A stretch of DNA of 58,525 nt, from positions 806,001 to 864,525 of the forward strand of contig NGBS01001160.1 in the NCBI GenBank assembly GCA_002245135.1. The letters run 5' to 3'. Below the pieces are notes generated by a model. The model was not told the origin of the DNA. It saw only the letters and a list, made by a program, of their open reading frames with translations, and ran no database searches. The first letter of the stretch is position 1. The number at the start of each line of letters is the position of its first letter. Source of the DNA: Proteromonas lacertae. Its lineage: Eukaryota. Both the position numbers and the translations under genes were made by a program. Of this stretch, positions 22,809-37,827 are shown in pieces.

Positions 22809-25697
22809 ATGACTAATGAATTGAATGATCTTGGAGGAGATGGAGCAAAAATGGGAAACTGTGAATTGTTTTGTATTCCAAGTGAAACTCTTAACAAAGC
22901 AGAAGAAAGGTTCATGTATTATTGATATAATATTATGAAAATAGAATAACACAAAAAGAAAAAACAATACAAATATCAAACCCAAATGATGGAGATGATA
23001 AAGCATTTAGAGAATTTAGAATTCCAAGTCACTTCAATCTTCCATTAAGTACGACAGAAGATAGAGTTACATTAAAATCAAAAATCATTTCACCAATCTG
23101 TCAATGGATATGTGATGGCTTTTCAGCCAATATAATAGCCTATGGTCAGAGAGGTACTGGTAAAACATCATTTTATTTCCAACCACCTACTGGTTTGCTA
23201 TTTACAATATGTAATAGTTTATTGAGATTAAAAACAATGAATACTGTTCAAAATATAGAGTTAGGAATATCAATATATGAATTAAGACATAGTGATTTCT
23301 TTGATTTACTATCTGGAGATAAAATAATCAATAATAATTTCACAGTTTTACAATATAATGAGTATAATTTTTAGTTTTATTATTTTTATAGAATAAATAC
23401 AATATATCAGATAGTTTCACTCATAAATACTAATTATATGAATTATGATAAGAAATCGTTTAAATATTTACCCAATCAAGGTCATCTATTTATTAAATTA
23501 TATTATTATAATCATACTCAGAATATATCCAGTTGTTTATATATGATTGATTTGATTGGAACTGAATCAATAACTAAACTAAACACTAATAAAGAGACAA
23601 GTTTCATATCTCCACAAGAGAAACAAATAATTAGAAAAGAACTACTGTCAATAAGTAAACTCATTGCAGATATATCATTATTATCTTATAATAATGCTTC
23701 AGTATATATACTAAAACATATATATTTTATATAGTCATTTGCTATACCTCCATCTTATAGAGATAATAAACTATCTTATCATCTTGGACCATTGCTATTT
23801 AATAATAGTAAAACATATTTATTAGGTTTTATATCTCCATATATTGTGGATATGATTGAATCTATTAATACAGTATAAATACAAATAATAATAAAAATTG
23901 TATAGATGAGAATATGTAGTCAATGTTCAACATTAACAATACCATGTATAAAAGGTAAATTGATAAATAAAATCACATTTGATAGTATTATTAACTATTC
24001 ATTTGATGAAACAATATATCAGAAACTAACCACTTTATCAAGAGTATATCTCTTATCTTTTATCAATAGAATACTACCATTCAGTCATCTGCTACACCAT
24101 ATTCATATAATGAGTATATTATATTAATTTAGTTATATATTATGATAGTCCATATTTAGCAACATCAGTATTAAAGAATCCCTCAAAATCTTCCTCTCCT
24201 CCACCATTACCGCCAACTTTAGATGATTATTATGATCAAATGTGTGAAAGAAATGAGAATGATGATGAAGATATTGATTATAGTGATTCTAGTGATAGTG
24301 ATAAAGGAAATGAATATAATAATAACCATCAACAACCATTACAAAGACCAATAGAGAAACAGCCATTACTGCAATATCAACAACAACAAAATCAACAAAA
24401 AAATATATCATCAACTCCAGAAGAAATATATCAACAATATCAACCACTATTATCTCAACCACATCAACAAAAAACACAAAAACACAAACATCAGCAGAAA
24501 CAATCACAAAAGAAAAGTATTTCGCCATCTCTTCATGAAACAAATCAACAATACCAACCATTACAATCTCAATCATATCAAAAACAATCACCTGAAGTAA
24601 TACAGGAACAATATCAACCAAAAACAAGGCATCATTCAAGAAAGAAACAATCACAAACACAACCAACCTATTCACAATTAGCATATATGGAAAAGCAGAA
24701 AGAAGAAAAGCAGAGAGAATTAAACACTACGCATTCTGATGAAATAAACGTATATATATATAATGATTAATATAACTAATTAGAATACAATGCAATTGAA
24801 TTATGATAATGCAATACTAGAAAAAGATGTAGAAATAGAGAATCTAAAATTACAAATTGTTAAACTACAAAGTGATATAAAATATCTTCAGAATAACAGT
24901 TCATATTCACCAATATTCAATAGATATGAAGATGATATAAAAGAATTGAATAATCAAATAATTGATCAACAAAATTACATTAATAAACTTCACCAACAAC
25001 TTTTGGATGTGAATGAAGGAATAGTGGACAGATCAGCTCAAAAGATTGTTAATAAACTGAGAAATGATTTAAATAAGCTAATAAAAGAATTGATGTTTTA
25101 TAAAAACAAAGAAAGAGAATATGAATTGAATGAAAACAGAGTGAATCATTTATTATTAAAGTTAAAAACTGTCACAAAAGAGAATAAGAAAATGAAAGAA
25201 GAAGTAAAACAAACTCATATTGATATACTTTCATCTGATAGAAATAATGAAGTATAATTATTATTACAATTATATATATATAATAGAGTATTGATATATT
25301 AACTAATGAAAATAAACAGTTGAAGATGAGTAATAAGAATATGAAAAAAGAAGTGAAAGATTTGAAAGACTATATTGTGAAGTTAGAAAGAGAGAGATAT
25401 AAAGGAAAGTTTATGAAGTTAATATATGAAAAGAAGAATCCAGTAAATGTAGAAACTGATTGGAAAGAACAATATGAGAATGAAACTATTCATAGATTGT
25501 TAGATAGATTAAAGACTGTTCTCATTGATGTATAATATAGTTTATTATATTTATGTTAGAATGTTCCAAGTGCTTTAAGGATATTGACAAATATAGAGAA
25601 CTGTGTGAAAGAGATGGAGATAGAATTGAATGAGGGAAGTAAAAGAGAACAGAATTTATATAATGCTTTAACTGAGTATGTTAATTCAAATAAATAA
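22809..25697 (+). CDS. Divergent kinesin-like protein with Gln-rich linker and coiled-coil tail
   Basis: NIIAYGQRGTGKT P-loop, MIDLIGTE (switch II-like) and YRDNKLS. Multiple short introns. Confidence 0.75.
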
Positions 25698-25801
25698 AAA
25701 ATTCTAACAATAATATTTATTAATTTTCATTTTTCTTAAAAAAACATTCTTTCAAAAAACATTATTTATAAAATATATATTGATCTTTTAAACTAATTAT
25801 T

Positions 25802-28255
25802 CTATTCAGCATTTTCTTCTTTCTTTTCAACAACAGGTTCTGGTTCAATAATTTCATCTTCTTTAGCATTATTTTCCTTTACTTCTTCTCCTTCATTCTC
25901 TTCTTTCTTTTCTTCTTCTTTCACTTCTTCCTTTTCACCTTCTTTCTCTTCTACATTCTCTTCTTCTTTAACTGGTTCTTTTTCTTTTTCTTCTTTCTTT
26001 TCCACATTTTCATCTTCTTTAACTTCTTCTTCTTCCTTCACTTCTTCATTCTCTACAATTTTCTCTTCTTCTACTTCTTCATTACCAACTTCTTCTTCAT
26101 TATCACTATTCTCTTCACTTCCTTCATCAGGTTCTGTAGTTGGTTGTTCATTCTGTTCAACTACAACATCATCTTCTTTAACAGCATCAGGTGGATTGGA
26201 TTGCATCATCTTCTGTTTATATTCTCTTCTATTTTGATATGCTTTAAACAAGTTATCATAAGCTTGAATGGCATTTGTTACATTGTTCAATGTGATATCT
26301 TTTGCTAATATTATGTTATTATTGAGCGTAGATAATTCACTAGGATTTGTTGTTGTATTATCAACAGATAAATTATTAGTGATATTCTCAAAATTATCTA
26401 CAAGTTCAGTTAAATAATCAATATATCTATGTAGATTTAATAATGTTGGCTTTGCAACAGAGTTATATTTATCTTCATAATAATGTATTTGATCATCAGA
26501 AAGGTATTTTGGTTCATTTGTTGGTTTTAATACTCTTCCTTTTCTATTGTAATAATTTCCATTAATCATTACAATTCCATTTTTACTATTATTAATGCCA
26601 TTTGGTTTTGTAGGTGATAATGCTATTGAAGCAGATGATTCCTACAGGATTTGTAATTGGTTCTTCTGTTTTTTGTTCAGCAACTTCTATAAAAGACAAT
26701 AATTTATATATAATATACCATATTGATATTGATATTCACTAACATACTTTTGATCATCTTTATTCACATTACTAAATATAACAATATATAAAATATAATA
26801 AATATATACTCATTAAAGGTAATATATCCTTTCTGAACATCCTTCTTTCTCTTTTCATCATACATTCTCTTTTCCATAACAAAAATAGAGTTATTCAAAC
26901 TTGTAACGCCCAATTCTATAGTATTTTTTAATATATAATAATATATATATATATATACCATTCAATGTATCATTAAAACTAATAGGAATTCCATTATATA
27001 ACAATATCCAACGAGCTTTCAATTGTTTAATTTCTCTGTTCTTTTCTTCATCACTTTGGAAATGTTTCATTCTAATTACACCTAATTCTCTAATCAAATA
27101 ATAATAAAACACATTATAAAATATACTCAAATAATGCAGTTACAGCAACTAAAATAGATTGATATCTATCACATTGAGACTTTAACTTTCTTTTAACAAT
27201 TAATCCATCTAAATAAATAAAGTAAAACTGTTGTGTTTCTGGTAATTCTCTGAGTGTAAATACATCAATTACATTATTATAAGCGGTTTGAACTTCAGTC
27301 ATTAAACTATTTGGTATTAACGAAGCAATAATCTTCTCCATAATATTGTCAGTAATATTGAACTTTATACATTGGGTAATTCTTCTTATAATCATATAAA
27401 ATATTTCATTTAATATATTACTAGTGAATGTAACGAAATCAGAGTTTACTACATAGGTAGGGAAGTATTTATTGGCAATCTTAGCGATTATTACACCATT
27501 TCCTAAATATTCTTTAATTTTGTTATTGTTATTGTTATTATCATTATTATTATCTCCTTTTACTTTCTTTCTATTCATTGTAGCAATCATTTCACTGTCT
27601 TGTGATTGGAATAATTTCATTTGCTTTAATTTCATAATGGTGTTATTTTCCATGTATTTTAAAGATGTATATTTTAATACTGGATTTGAGAACAATTGAG
27701 TTAAATCTGTGAATTTTCTAATTGCTACTTGTGCACGGATAACTGTGAGTTTATCATCTTTAACATCCCAATTTGGGATTGTCACAGCACTTGTTATTAA
27801 TTTTGTAGCTATTGTTTCTAGTACTGTTGAGATAAATAATGCAGCTTCAAATTTCATATTTAATTTACCTTCACTGTGTAAAATTTCATTATTTTCACGA
27901 ATGAAACGATAAATCTAGAATAATAACTCTAACAATCAATACAGTTCTTGGATTAATGACTAACTGCTTGAACTACCTTGTAGAAATCGAAGATTCATTA
28001 ACTCTTCTTTTTCTTTCTGCAATCTTTCTTCTCTTTGCTCCGGTGTTTCATCATTTTCACCTTCAATTAATTTTAAATCCTTTTCTAATTCTCTTTGAAG
28101 AATTTTTTCGATCTAAATAAATGAGATTCATTTTCAATACTTGACTTTCTTCAGGATCTTCTTGTTCATTATCTTTAGGAGTATTATTTTCGTTATTTTC
28201 TTGGCCAATAATTTCTTCCACTCTCGTTTATTACATTTTCTTCATTACAATCCAT
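25802..28255 (-). CDS. Uncharacterised protein with tandem H2A/H2B/H2A-like histone folds and acidic termini
   Basis: Spliced ORFs 27114-27857, 26891-27130 and 25802-26569 carry histone-fold patterns (see findings). Probable 1-nt indel near 28220. Confidence 0.6.
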
Positions 28256-28413
28256 TGTTTCTTTGATAGTTACTCTTTTATAAGAAATAATTCAAAAGTA
28301 AAATGAAAAACGGTTGTGTAATTTTACTGTAATTAATGTAAATTTTGATTAAATCAACAATAAAAAGATTATTCACTCAATAAATAATAATAATAAATTT
28401 TATTATATATCAT

Positions 28414-28899
28414 TTACACATCATAAAAGTCTTCATCTTCATCTTCATCATTCTTATGTTTAATCTAAAAATGAATAAAAAAAAATGAACATACAATAAC
28501 TTTTGTTTCACTTTCTTTTTCCATCTGTTCTAATATCTGAATAATTTGCTTTTCGCTTACTTCTCCTCCTAATCTTCCTGTTCTAGCCAAATTGATAATG
28601 TGATCTTCAATAGCACGAGATTTATCAGGGTTAACTAATGCTATTCTTCCCACTAAATATTAATAAACACATATAATACATCTAGCTCTTCCATCTGAAC
28701 TAATCAAACCAACGACCATAGCTTTTCTACTTTCTTCTGCAGCTCTAAAAAGATAATGTAAGATTCTAATTATTCAATACCTTCTTTTCTCTTCTTCTTC
28801 ACTTGCTTTAGCTATTTGGTCAGTCATTTGGGGAACACCCTTTTGACGTGCTTCTAATAATGCTGGATCCTAAATACTATCAAATCAATATAATACCAT
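28414..28899 (-). CDS. PDCD5: Programmed cell death protein 5 / dsDNA-binding protein
   Basis: ARLGRIALVNPDKSRAIEDHIINLARTGRLGGEVSEKQIIQILEQ. The first coding exon is the ATG alone. Four introns. Confidence 0.92.
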
Positions 28900-29017
28900 A
28901 ATTATATTTCAAAAGATTTTTTAAATTGAAAAACTGAAATTACTGACAATTTTACGGTCAATATTTTTATTTCTAGCCATTCCATAGTTAAAACAAAAAA
29001 AAATCAAATATTAATAA

Positions 29018-31186
29018 CTAATATGTATATGGATAGGATGAAGACCTTGAATAATTTCTATTTTCATCCATCTCCACATACTCAGAAATATCAAACCAAT
29101 TTTGATAATTAGAACGACTTCTCATTTCATAATTTATTGTTGGTTTTTCTATTCTCCATATTGGTTGTTTAATATATTCTGGAGCGACTTTTGAACAACT
29201 TTCTCTACCATCAGTTATATCAATAACCTTCTTGATAATATCATAATTAATTTCATCATTAATAAGAGAATCATGTTGATAGGAATGATGACTCATTACA
29301 TACCTTCTCATCCAACTGGAAGTAGTTAATTCTTTACCTTGAATTCTATTGATTATCATTTTTAGATAATTATCTAATTCAGACATTTCTTCTTTACTTA
29401 TTCCAATAATATTCAAATAACTATAAATCAATGGAATTAGACCAGGTGATTTTCTCTATAAGAATATACAATAAACATTATTTATACATTTCCTAGGAAT
29501 ATATCTTTAATAGACATTTCATCGAATGATTCATCAGTTTCTTTATAACTATGATAACATTTTGCTATTAATCAATTAAATATCAATAATAAATACGACA
29601 AATATAATTTCTAAAATAAAACTTCTCTTTATTAACAGCATCAATGTGATGTGCTTTCTCCATATTCACATCAACTTTACTAATTGGCATATACAAATTC
29701 AAATTGAAATGTAAAATTGTTTTAACCAACAAAGTTACAAATATAGAAAATGCTGCATTCTCATAATCTGTTAATTGTATTTCCATTGTTCTTAACTCAA
29801 CTCTCCAACCGTTTATTGGACCATTCATTGGAGGAGGTTTGAAACGGACACTTTGCCAATTTGTACTTTGAATATTCTAATAATAAATAAATAAATAAAT
29901 AAAAATATATACTTCAAAATGTTCAGTTGTACTTTTATCATCAACTACAATTCTATCTTCATAAACAACCAAAGGATCTCTAACAAACAAATGAGCGATA
30001 TGCTTTGCTAAGATTGGATCAACATCATTAGATATTAAATAATTATAAGATTCTTCATCAACTACAACATCAATATCATTATATTCAGGCTTATTCATCT
30101 TTGAATCAGATATAAATAAATCAATTGAACCATATCTTGATTTTGGTATTCTCTTTTCACCTGGTTTTAATGGTTTTAATCCTCTTTCTCCTTTAGTTCT
30201 ATCATCACAACTTCCACTTATCACATTCCATCTTGTATCTATATTAGCTAATTTACCATTCCATATTGGCGAAGCAGCTGTTACAGCCATCATTATTGGA
30301 GCCAATACTGTTAATTGATCGTGTAAATATCTTGCTTCGCTAATATCTTTACATTGAAAAGTAACTTGTAAACAACAACTTCCCATTCCAAATCCCATAC
30401 AATCCATCTTAATTCCTTTACTGATATCTTTTGTATAAAGATCTCTAAATATTGGAATATTTATATCCATTTTTTCATGTCTTCTTTCTATCATATTTCT
30501 TGTTAATGATCTACATATGTAATTATTCATTTTAAAATATACTGAAATCTTGGATGTGTATTAATACATTCATCTGAGATATAATCTGAATTTGATATTG
30601 GATTATAAGGTTTAAAAAATAGTGATCTTGGTGATAAATTGTTTTGATTAATGCCTAGATGAGGAAATGTAACTATTGATAACATGTGACAGTTAGAAGG
30701 TAATAGTTCTTGTATTAATTTTCTACTATTATGTGTTATTCAATTATTGGAAATGTACCGATGTATCATATTCTGTTCTACATTTAGCAGATCTTTAATA
30801 GATGAACCATAAGGCTTTAAAGGTGTTCCTTCTATCATCCATTTTGCATATTCTGGTTTAAAGTCTACTTGATCATCATGAAGCTGTTGAAACTGTTTAA
30901 TTAGTTCATCATAACATAAACATAGTGATGCCTTTTGTGAGAATGGATCAATTTTCACAATTGTATATTCAAGCTTTGAGTACATAGTTAATATTATAAC
31001 CTTACTTCATCTCCCCAAATAAACTCATTATTAACATTATTCCTGTACTTCTTAAAGACATTAACAAATTGTCTAATTCCATGTTTTTTAACTATAATAT
31101 TTTATAATATTCTAATATGTACTATATGGAATGACTTTTTTAGTCTCACTCCATGAAAGAGTTCGACCCACGCCTAAGAAACCCAT
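29018..31186 (-). CDS. GCLC: Glutamate-cysteine ligase catalytic subunit
   Basis: MGFLGVG..LSW, WGDE, PEYAKWMIEGTP, MDCMGFGMGSCCLQVTFQ, QSTNWQSVRFKPPP, GWRVELRTMEIQLTD. Confidence 0.97.
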
Positions 31187-31385
31187 TGCTTGTTGAAGAA
31201 AGGATCTAAAGGATCCAAAGTAGAAATATGATTTACGGAATGTATACACACTACTATATAATAGTAAAACTTATTAATTTTTATCAAACTATAAAAAGAG
31301 TTAAATATCTGCATAAAACCAAAAACAGATACATATTTAATAATATTATATACCTTTTTATTAAAGTCATTATTTCATTAATTAA

Positions 31386-33117
31386 TTAATAAGGAGGATA
31401 CTGTGGATTTATTCTATAAACTTGATTATACATTCCTTGATCTGGTGGATAACCTCCATTCCATTGTGTAGGATCTTCGACAGGTGATCTTGCAGGCATT
31501 CCATATCCCATCATTCTCTGAGGAATAGGTCTTGGCGGAGATTGCATTTGTTGTTGTTGTTGCTGTTGTTGTTGTAATCTGAATTTCATTGCAGCTAAGG
31601 AAGCAGCATTATTGGCTTGTGGTGGTGGAGGAGGTCCTAATCTTTGATACCTTTCAGCATCCCACTCAATCGGACTCATTCCTAATTTGGTTTGACTCAT
31701 CATATTGATTGGAGGTCCTCTATTTAATTGTACATTATATCGGTATTGATCTGATAATTTCGCATCACTTTGTGTTACATACATTGGAGCAATCATTTCA
31801 TTCATTTCATCAGCACCAACTACAGCATTACCTGCTAAATACTGTGGTGGAATATTGGCAGCTGGATTAACAGGATTCATAGGATATTGAGGTAATATAT
31901 ATTCATCTAAACCTGACAAATCAATAATTGGTGGATTTATGATCAGTATATCTTCATTATTCACATCATTATCATTATTACTGTTATTATTATTGCTATT
32001 ATTCTCCTCTTCTTCTTGTATTAAATCATTCAAATATTTTGAACATATGTTAAATGCACTAAATCCCCATCCAGCAGTAGGATCATCTTTATTTGGATCA
32101 TTATATTTCTCATCATTCAACCAGTTTATTTCAACATTACTATTTCCATTACTACCGTTTTCATTGTTATTATTATCTGAATCACTATCACTAACATCAT
32201 CACAACCTCTTACTCCATATTCTACTGCATCTGTATCATCTTCTATTATCTTATCAGTTCGTACAGGTGGTGGAAATAGTGTATTTCCTTCATATATCTT
32301 CTGTGGCTGCGGACCTCGACCAGGATGTGTTTGTTCTTGGAAAAATGGTGAAGATTGCATTTCTTCTTTAGTAAAACTATCATCATCACTACCAAGGGCA
32401 TGGAGATATAAACAATCTGGATTTGTACATTTTTGACCTCTTAAGAAGAAGTTGCAGTATTTTGTTGTGCCAAATGAAGCTCTTAACATTCTACCTTGTA
32501 TCCAAAAACCATCTAATGTCATAATACAATCATAAGCATCTTGTTTCTTCTTGAATGTGACATAGGCACTACAACTTGACTGTTTTGGATCACCCATGTT
32601 TAGATATGTTCGATTAACAACGACTTTTATTATTTGACCGTATTGACCACAACAACCTTCACTTTTGAGTGTATCTTCATCTGCTAGATCTGGAGGAAGA
32701 CCGATTATATAAACTAGATTTCTTTGAATTACTCTTACATTGTGTAAACTCTAACAAAAATAAATAAATTAGTAATTATTATATATACCTTTTCTGATTT
32801 CTTCTTTTTATCTTGTTTATTCTTATCTTTCATTGGTGGTCTATAATTATCATAAAAAAAAACAAATAACATACTCTTTACTCTCTATAAATTGTATATT
32901 TTCTTGTTTATATTCTTGTCTACATTGAGGACATCTGCTATTATCTTGTTCCAGTAGCTTTTTGTAACACCACATACATAACTATGATAGATTAATAATT
33001 ATATACCTGATATCCACATGTGCATGGGTAAAAATTTCTATCTGTGTTGTCAAGAGGCTCAGCGCAGAGAGGACATACCAAATCCTCTTCACTATTTTGC
33101 CCTTCTACTTCTGACAT
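31386..33117 (-). CDS. CNOT4: CCR4-NOT subunit NOT4 E3 ligase
   Basis: RING CPLCAEPLD..FYPCTCGYQ, RRM VRVIQRNLVYIIGL, ASFGTTKYCNFFL..C.NPDCLYLH. Confidence 0.96.
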
Positions 33118-33258
33118 ATATCTATATAAATAAATAAATTGAATAAGTGATTTTTGGAAATGAAAAAGTGGTTAAAAATGATACTTTTCAATAAAATGAA
33201 AATTGATTGGATCAAACAGGTTTGAGTATTTTTTAAATTTCTCGGATTTGGATCAAAT

Positions 33259-35867
33259 ATGCTGAGGATCAATGAATTATCCAGATTACAAAATATTGAA
33301 CGTATTTATCTGTATTTATACGGAATATAGGAAGGATACTAGCAAGATCTATCACTTCAGTAAGAAAACGAGTTAAACAAAGAAAAATATTACATGATTT
33401 TGATAAAAACTTGCTACTAGGTCCATCAGCTACAGTTATTAATCAAGATGAAGTATTTTTTTGGTATTAATCACTTAGTGTTTTTCTTATGATGCATTGA
33501 CAAATAAAATTGAAGTTGGTACAAATGGTTTATCACGAACAATAATATTAAACAATGTAGAAGTATAGTTTATTCAAATTATTTCAAATAGAATCAAAAT
33601 AAGTTGAGTGATAAATTACTAGAAAATTTGTTAGGCAAAATAATGAATGTATAATATTTAATATTATAATATAACTCTTTAATAGTTTAATAATAATCTG
33701 GGAATTACCAATTTACTTCTAGAAGGAAGAGATAATTTATTTTGCACAGGAATGGATGAAAAACCTTTGATACAAGCATTAAAGACTCATAATGTTCATG
33801 GATTAGATACTTTGTTAGATCATGAATATATCTCCTTATATTCAATACAAACCAATCCAATACCAATAGTAACCTATTTAGATGGAAAAGTAAGTAATTT
33901 TGGCTCAAAATTAGCATATTCCTCTCAATTCAGAGTTGGTACAGAAAATACGGTAATCAGTATTAGCGATTTAAATAGAGGAATAATACCATACGGTTTA
34001 ATGTATTTATTAAGCAGAGTCGAAAATGGAATTGGATATTATATCTCATTAACAGGTCATGAGTTTAAACAACAAGAATTATTTGATATGGGCATAGTCT
34101 CACATTACAGTAGTTCAGCAATGAAATACTTATTGCACAAAACATGTAATGAAATAAGTTACAGAGATTTGTGTATACAAGATAGTCATTTATGTTCAAT
34201 ATCCACAGGTAATATAGGTGATGTTGATAGATTTGAGGATTACAGTGATATGATTAACGTATTCAAGAAATGCATGTATAATGATGGTGGTGATACATTC
34301 AGTGAGTTATTGAGAAGATTAGAGTTGACTAATACAGAATGGAGTAATAGAACATTGAAAGAAATATATTCAAAACCATTAGTATTATCGAAACTGTGTT
34401 ATGATTTGTTGAATGAAAGTAGAAGACATAGTTATCACACTGTATGTCAATTAGAAAGACAAATTGCAAGTGTATTATATTATTATTATTTATTTATTTA
34501 TTTATTATGATGAATAGAATATGTTACATCATCCTGAGATACAAGAATATATGTATAATAAACTCACAAATGGCAAAACAACAACTGAATTAAAATCAAT
34601 ACCAATCAATACTAATCTCATATCTTTTTTTTTTTTTACTATAAATATTTAATGAATAGTTTATTCTTTAATTCATTGTTTTTACATTTCATTATTTACA
34701 AAAGATGATACTTTACCTTCTTTACCTCAAAGATCAATTAGTCGTTTAGATGCGTATATGGGAATACCATTCTTCAATGATAATGATGAAGATTGTGTAG
34801 AACCAACCTATTGGAGAGGATTTGGCTTGATTGGTAATGATTTCCAATACAATTTAAAAGCACATTTGAAAGTACAAAAGAAAGAAGTTGATCCAAATGA
34901 AGGTACAATAAAGAACAAATTATTGAAAAGATATCGTCAGATTTATAGTAATTACCAGAAGAAAGCAATTCTTGGAATACTGTCACAAGATGAATATAAG
35001 AAAATAACTGAAAATGATTATTGTGGCGTTGATTTCCATGAATTATTTGATGAATTAAGAGGTATAAACAATGATAATAACAAAGATATATTAGATCCAA
35101 CTAGAAGTGATTTTGATATTAATAACTATTATAAACTAATTAATGAATCGAATACACAGCCTGCTAATGATTTATATAATGAAGAAATGTATAAAAAGAT
35201 AGAGAAATTAGTTGATGAAGGTAAAGTGGAAGAAGAAATGTTATATCAATTAGATAAAACATTTAAAGATTATGAAGATTATAAAGAGAATACATATAAA
35301 CTTAAACGTAAGGCATTGTTACTAACACCATCACAGTGTGTTGAGAAAGTGAAATTGATAGGTAATGAGATATACAGAATACTGTATGAGATGAATGGAG
35401 GAAATGTGAAACAAAGTTTGGCAATTTTGACTAGATTGAATAATATGAAGCAATTCTTTGGACATTTGGGTGAATTAACTGATGAACAGATAGAAGTTGT
35501 GAGTAGAAGAGGAGTTGATGACAGTGTAATGGATCATATAGTTGAGATATACTATAAACACTTTGCATTGCCATATAGATTATCAGAAGGTATGGATGAA
35601 GTTGGTCCTTATCAACCACACCTTAATGAACAGAATTTAGGTCAATTAGTGTGTTCTGATGGTCCAGAAAAAGATTTAGGTATTGAACTAATCAATATAG
35701 ATAAATATTATGGAATCTCATTGAATGATATACTTGCTGTGCCAGATATCCACATAGTATTGAAAGAATTGATCCCTGCTCCTTCCAAACTATCAGAGCA
35801 GAAGAAAAATGCCAATAAAATACCTGAGCATTTTGAAGAGGATGTTTTATCAATAATGAATAGCTAA
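33259..35867 (+). CDS. Crotonase-fold HIBCH/mS47-like mitochondrial protein with long C-terminal extension
   Basis: Arg-rich N-terminus. PIVTYLDG..FRVGTENTV..GIIP.G..Y.LSR..IGYYISLTGH..LFDMGIVSHY. Confidence 0.65.
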
Positions 35868-36183
35868 AAGAATAAGTTATGGTTTAATATTTGTTTTCAT
35901 CGATATTTATGCTTTGTATATGTATATGAAACATAAAACTATGTTGAAAGACGCTTCTTTGATGATGCAGTGTAAAAATAGTTTTAAAAAGAAGTATAGC
36001 AATTACCATGCAGATTATTCATCTTGCAAATATAATGCATTCCGGATCTTTATTTCATCGATTTAACATACATATATGTGTAAAATGGCTTTTATGTAAG
36101 TTTTAAAACGAGCCTCAAGCCTGATTTAGGAATTTAATTGGATTAATTCTCTATTTCTTTTATCTTTTTTATTTTACACAGTC

Positions 36184-37691
36184 ATGTCTGATATCGATAT
36201 TACTACATATAAATCCACACTTCCATATTCAAAGCATGATCTTGGAACTGTTATTGTGAAAGCAAGTGAAGATAATGAACCAAAATGGACGCCAACCTTA
36301 GAAATGGAGCATTCAATCACATTGCTAGTTAATCAAAAGGAGTATCCTTATGATGAGACTTATGCCGAGAGGTTAGGACTTGATCCAGAATATATTGATC
36401 ACAAAGAAATATCACCAGAAATGTACAGATTCCTCACTCTTATTAGTGTATGTGACATTTACTTTATACCTTATTATAGCCACAATTGAGAGCTGACACA
36501 ATTCCAGCATTTGTTGCTTCTGCATTGACAATTCACTGTGAAAAAGCATTAGAAACTATATTGACATATGCAGAAAGTCATCCAGAACCAGATTTACTCA
36601 GTGGTTTATGTAGTGCAGCAGAAAAATTTCAACAACACACTGATGATGCCAAAATATCATCAATGCAATCCAATTACAAAAATAAATTAAATCAAATAAT
36701 CATACAAACATCTGTTTTCACAATTGAAACAAGAAATGTTGGTCATTTAAATAAAGATTACTTCAAATACGCATTAAACCTTCCAGATTTACAGGTTAAA
36801 TCAGAATACGATTTAATATCATCATTGGTGTTTTTAGCTAAGGGATTTATCACTGATCAAGAATTACAGGATTTTGAAAAGACATTAGCTGAATCAGAAG
36901 ATGCTGTTGGTAATGATGATGAAGCTAAAAAACTAATAATTGAAAGTAAAAAAAAAGCAAAAGAAGTATTAGTTGAAAATCATTTAAATGAATTGAAACA
37001 ATTGCTCAAGTTTGACCAAGCTCAAGGTGTATATCAATTTGAAGCTAAAAATTTTTACAGTAAAAACTCTAATTCCACCTGTTCTATAAAGAGAACTTAT
37101 GTTGGTTTCACTGATAGTCAAATTGATGAACAAATCAAGCCATTAGTTCGAATTGATGATTATACTATCACTATAGTGTTGCAAGACTATGAAAAGAACT
37201 GCCAATCATATTTAACATTTTTGGGTTTTGTTGAAGAAGCTAGCAAAGTTGTACCGTATTCCTTAAGAATAGAATTCCGTCACTTTAGTAAAAATGATAT
37301 GAAAGATTGTGCACAAATAATTGATGTTATATCTAAATTAGATTTAGAATTAGCTTTATGTTTTGATTATAGAGATGCAGCAGCATTTAAAGAAACTCCT
37401 GAAAAACCAAATAAATGTGATATTCTTCCACCAAATCTCGATACTGTAAAGACAATTATTGAAATATTAAACAAGCCAAAGTGTTTGACTGAAGTTGATT
37501 TGAGAGGTTTTAACTTTGTGGATGATAATGTATTCAAATTACTCTCACAAGAAATACCAAAACTTCCAAACTTGGATGTATTAGAAGTTGCACATTATAA
37601 TGTTAAGAAGGGATATGAATATACATTCTTAGGTACAGCTGTTGCTGCTAAAGTTAAGGATGTTCGTTTAATCTATCCAAAGAGAGTTTAG
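36184..37691 (+). CDS. Hypothetical protein, C-terminal LRR-like repeats
   Basis: Two long ORFs joined by a short intron (~36447-36480). LTEVDLRGFNF..LPNLDVLEV. Confidence 0.65.
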
Positions 37692-37827
37692 AATATATAA
37701 TAGAAGGATTATTATTATTATTATTATATAAAATTTGAAGTAGTAATATGATTGTATTTTTGTGAAAGGGATTTTTTGAAATAATAACAAAAAAAACAAT
37801 TGGAATATAAAAAAAGAATCATAATAA

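Noticed and set aside
33209..33272. Three GGATCAA copies at the NOT4/HIBCH-like divergent promoter
   Set aside because: Short motif, one copy inside the CDS, and not seen consistently at other promoters.
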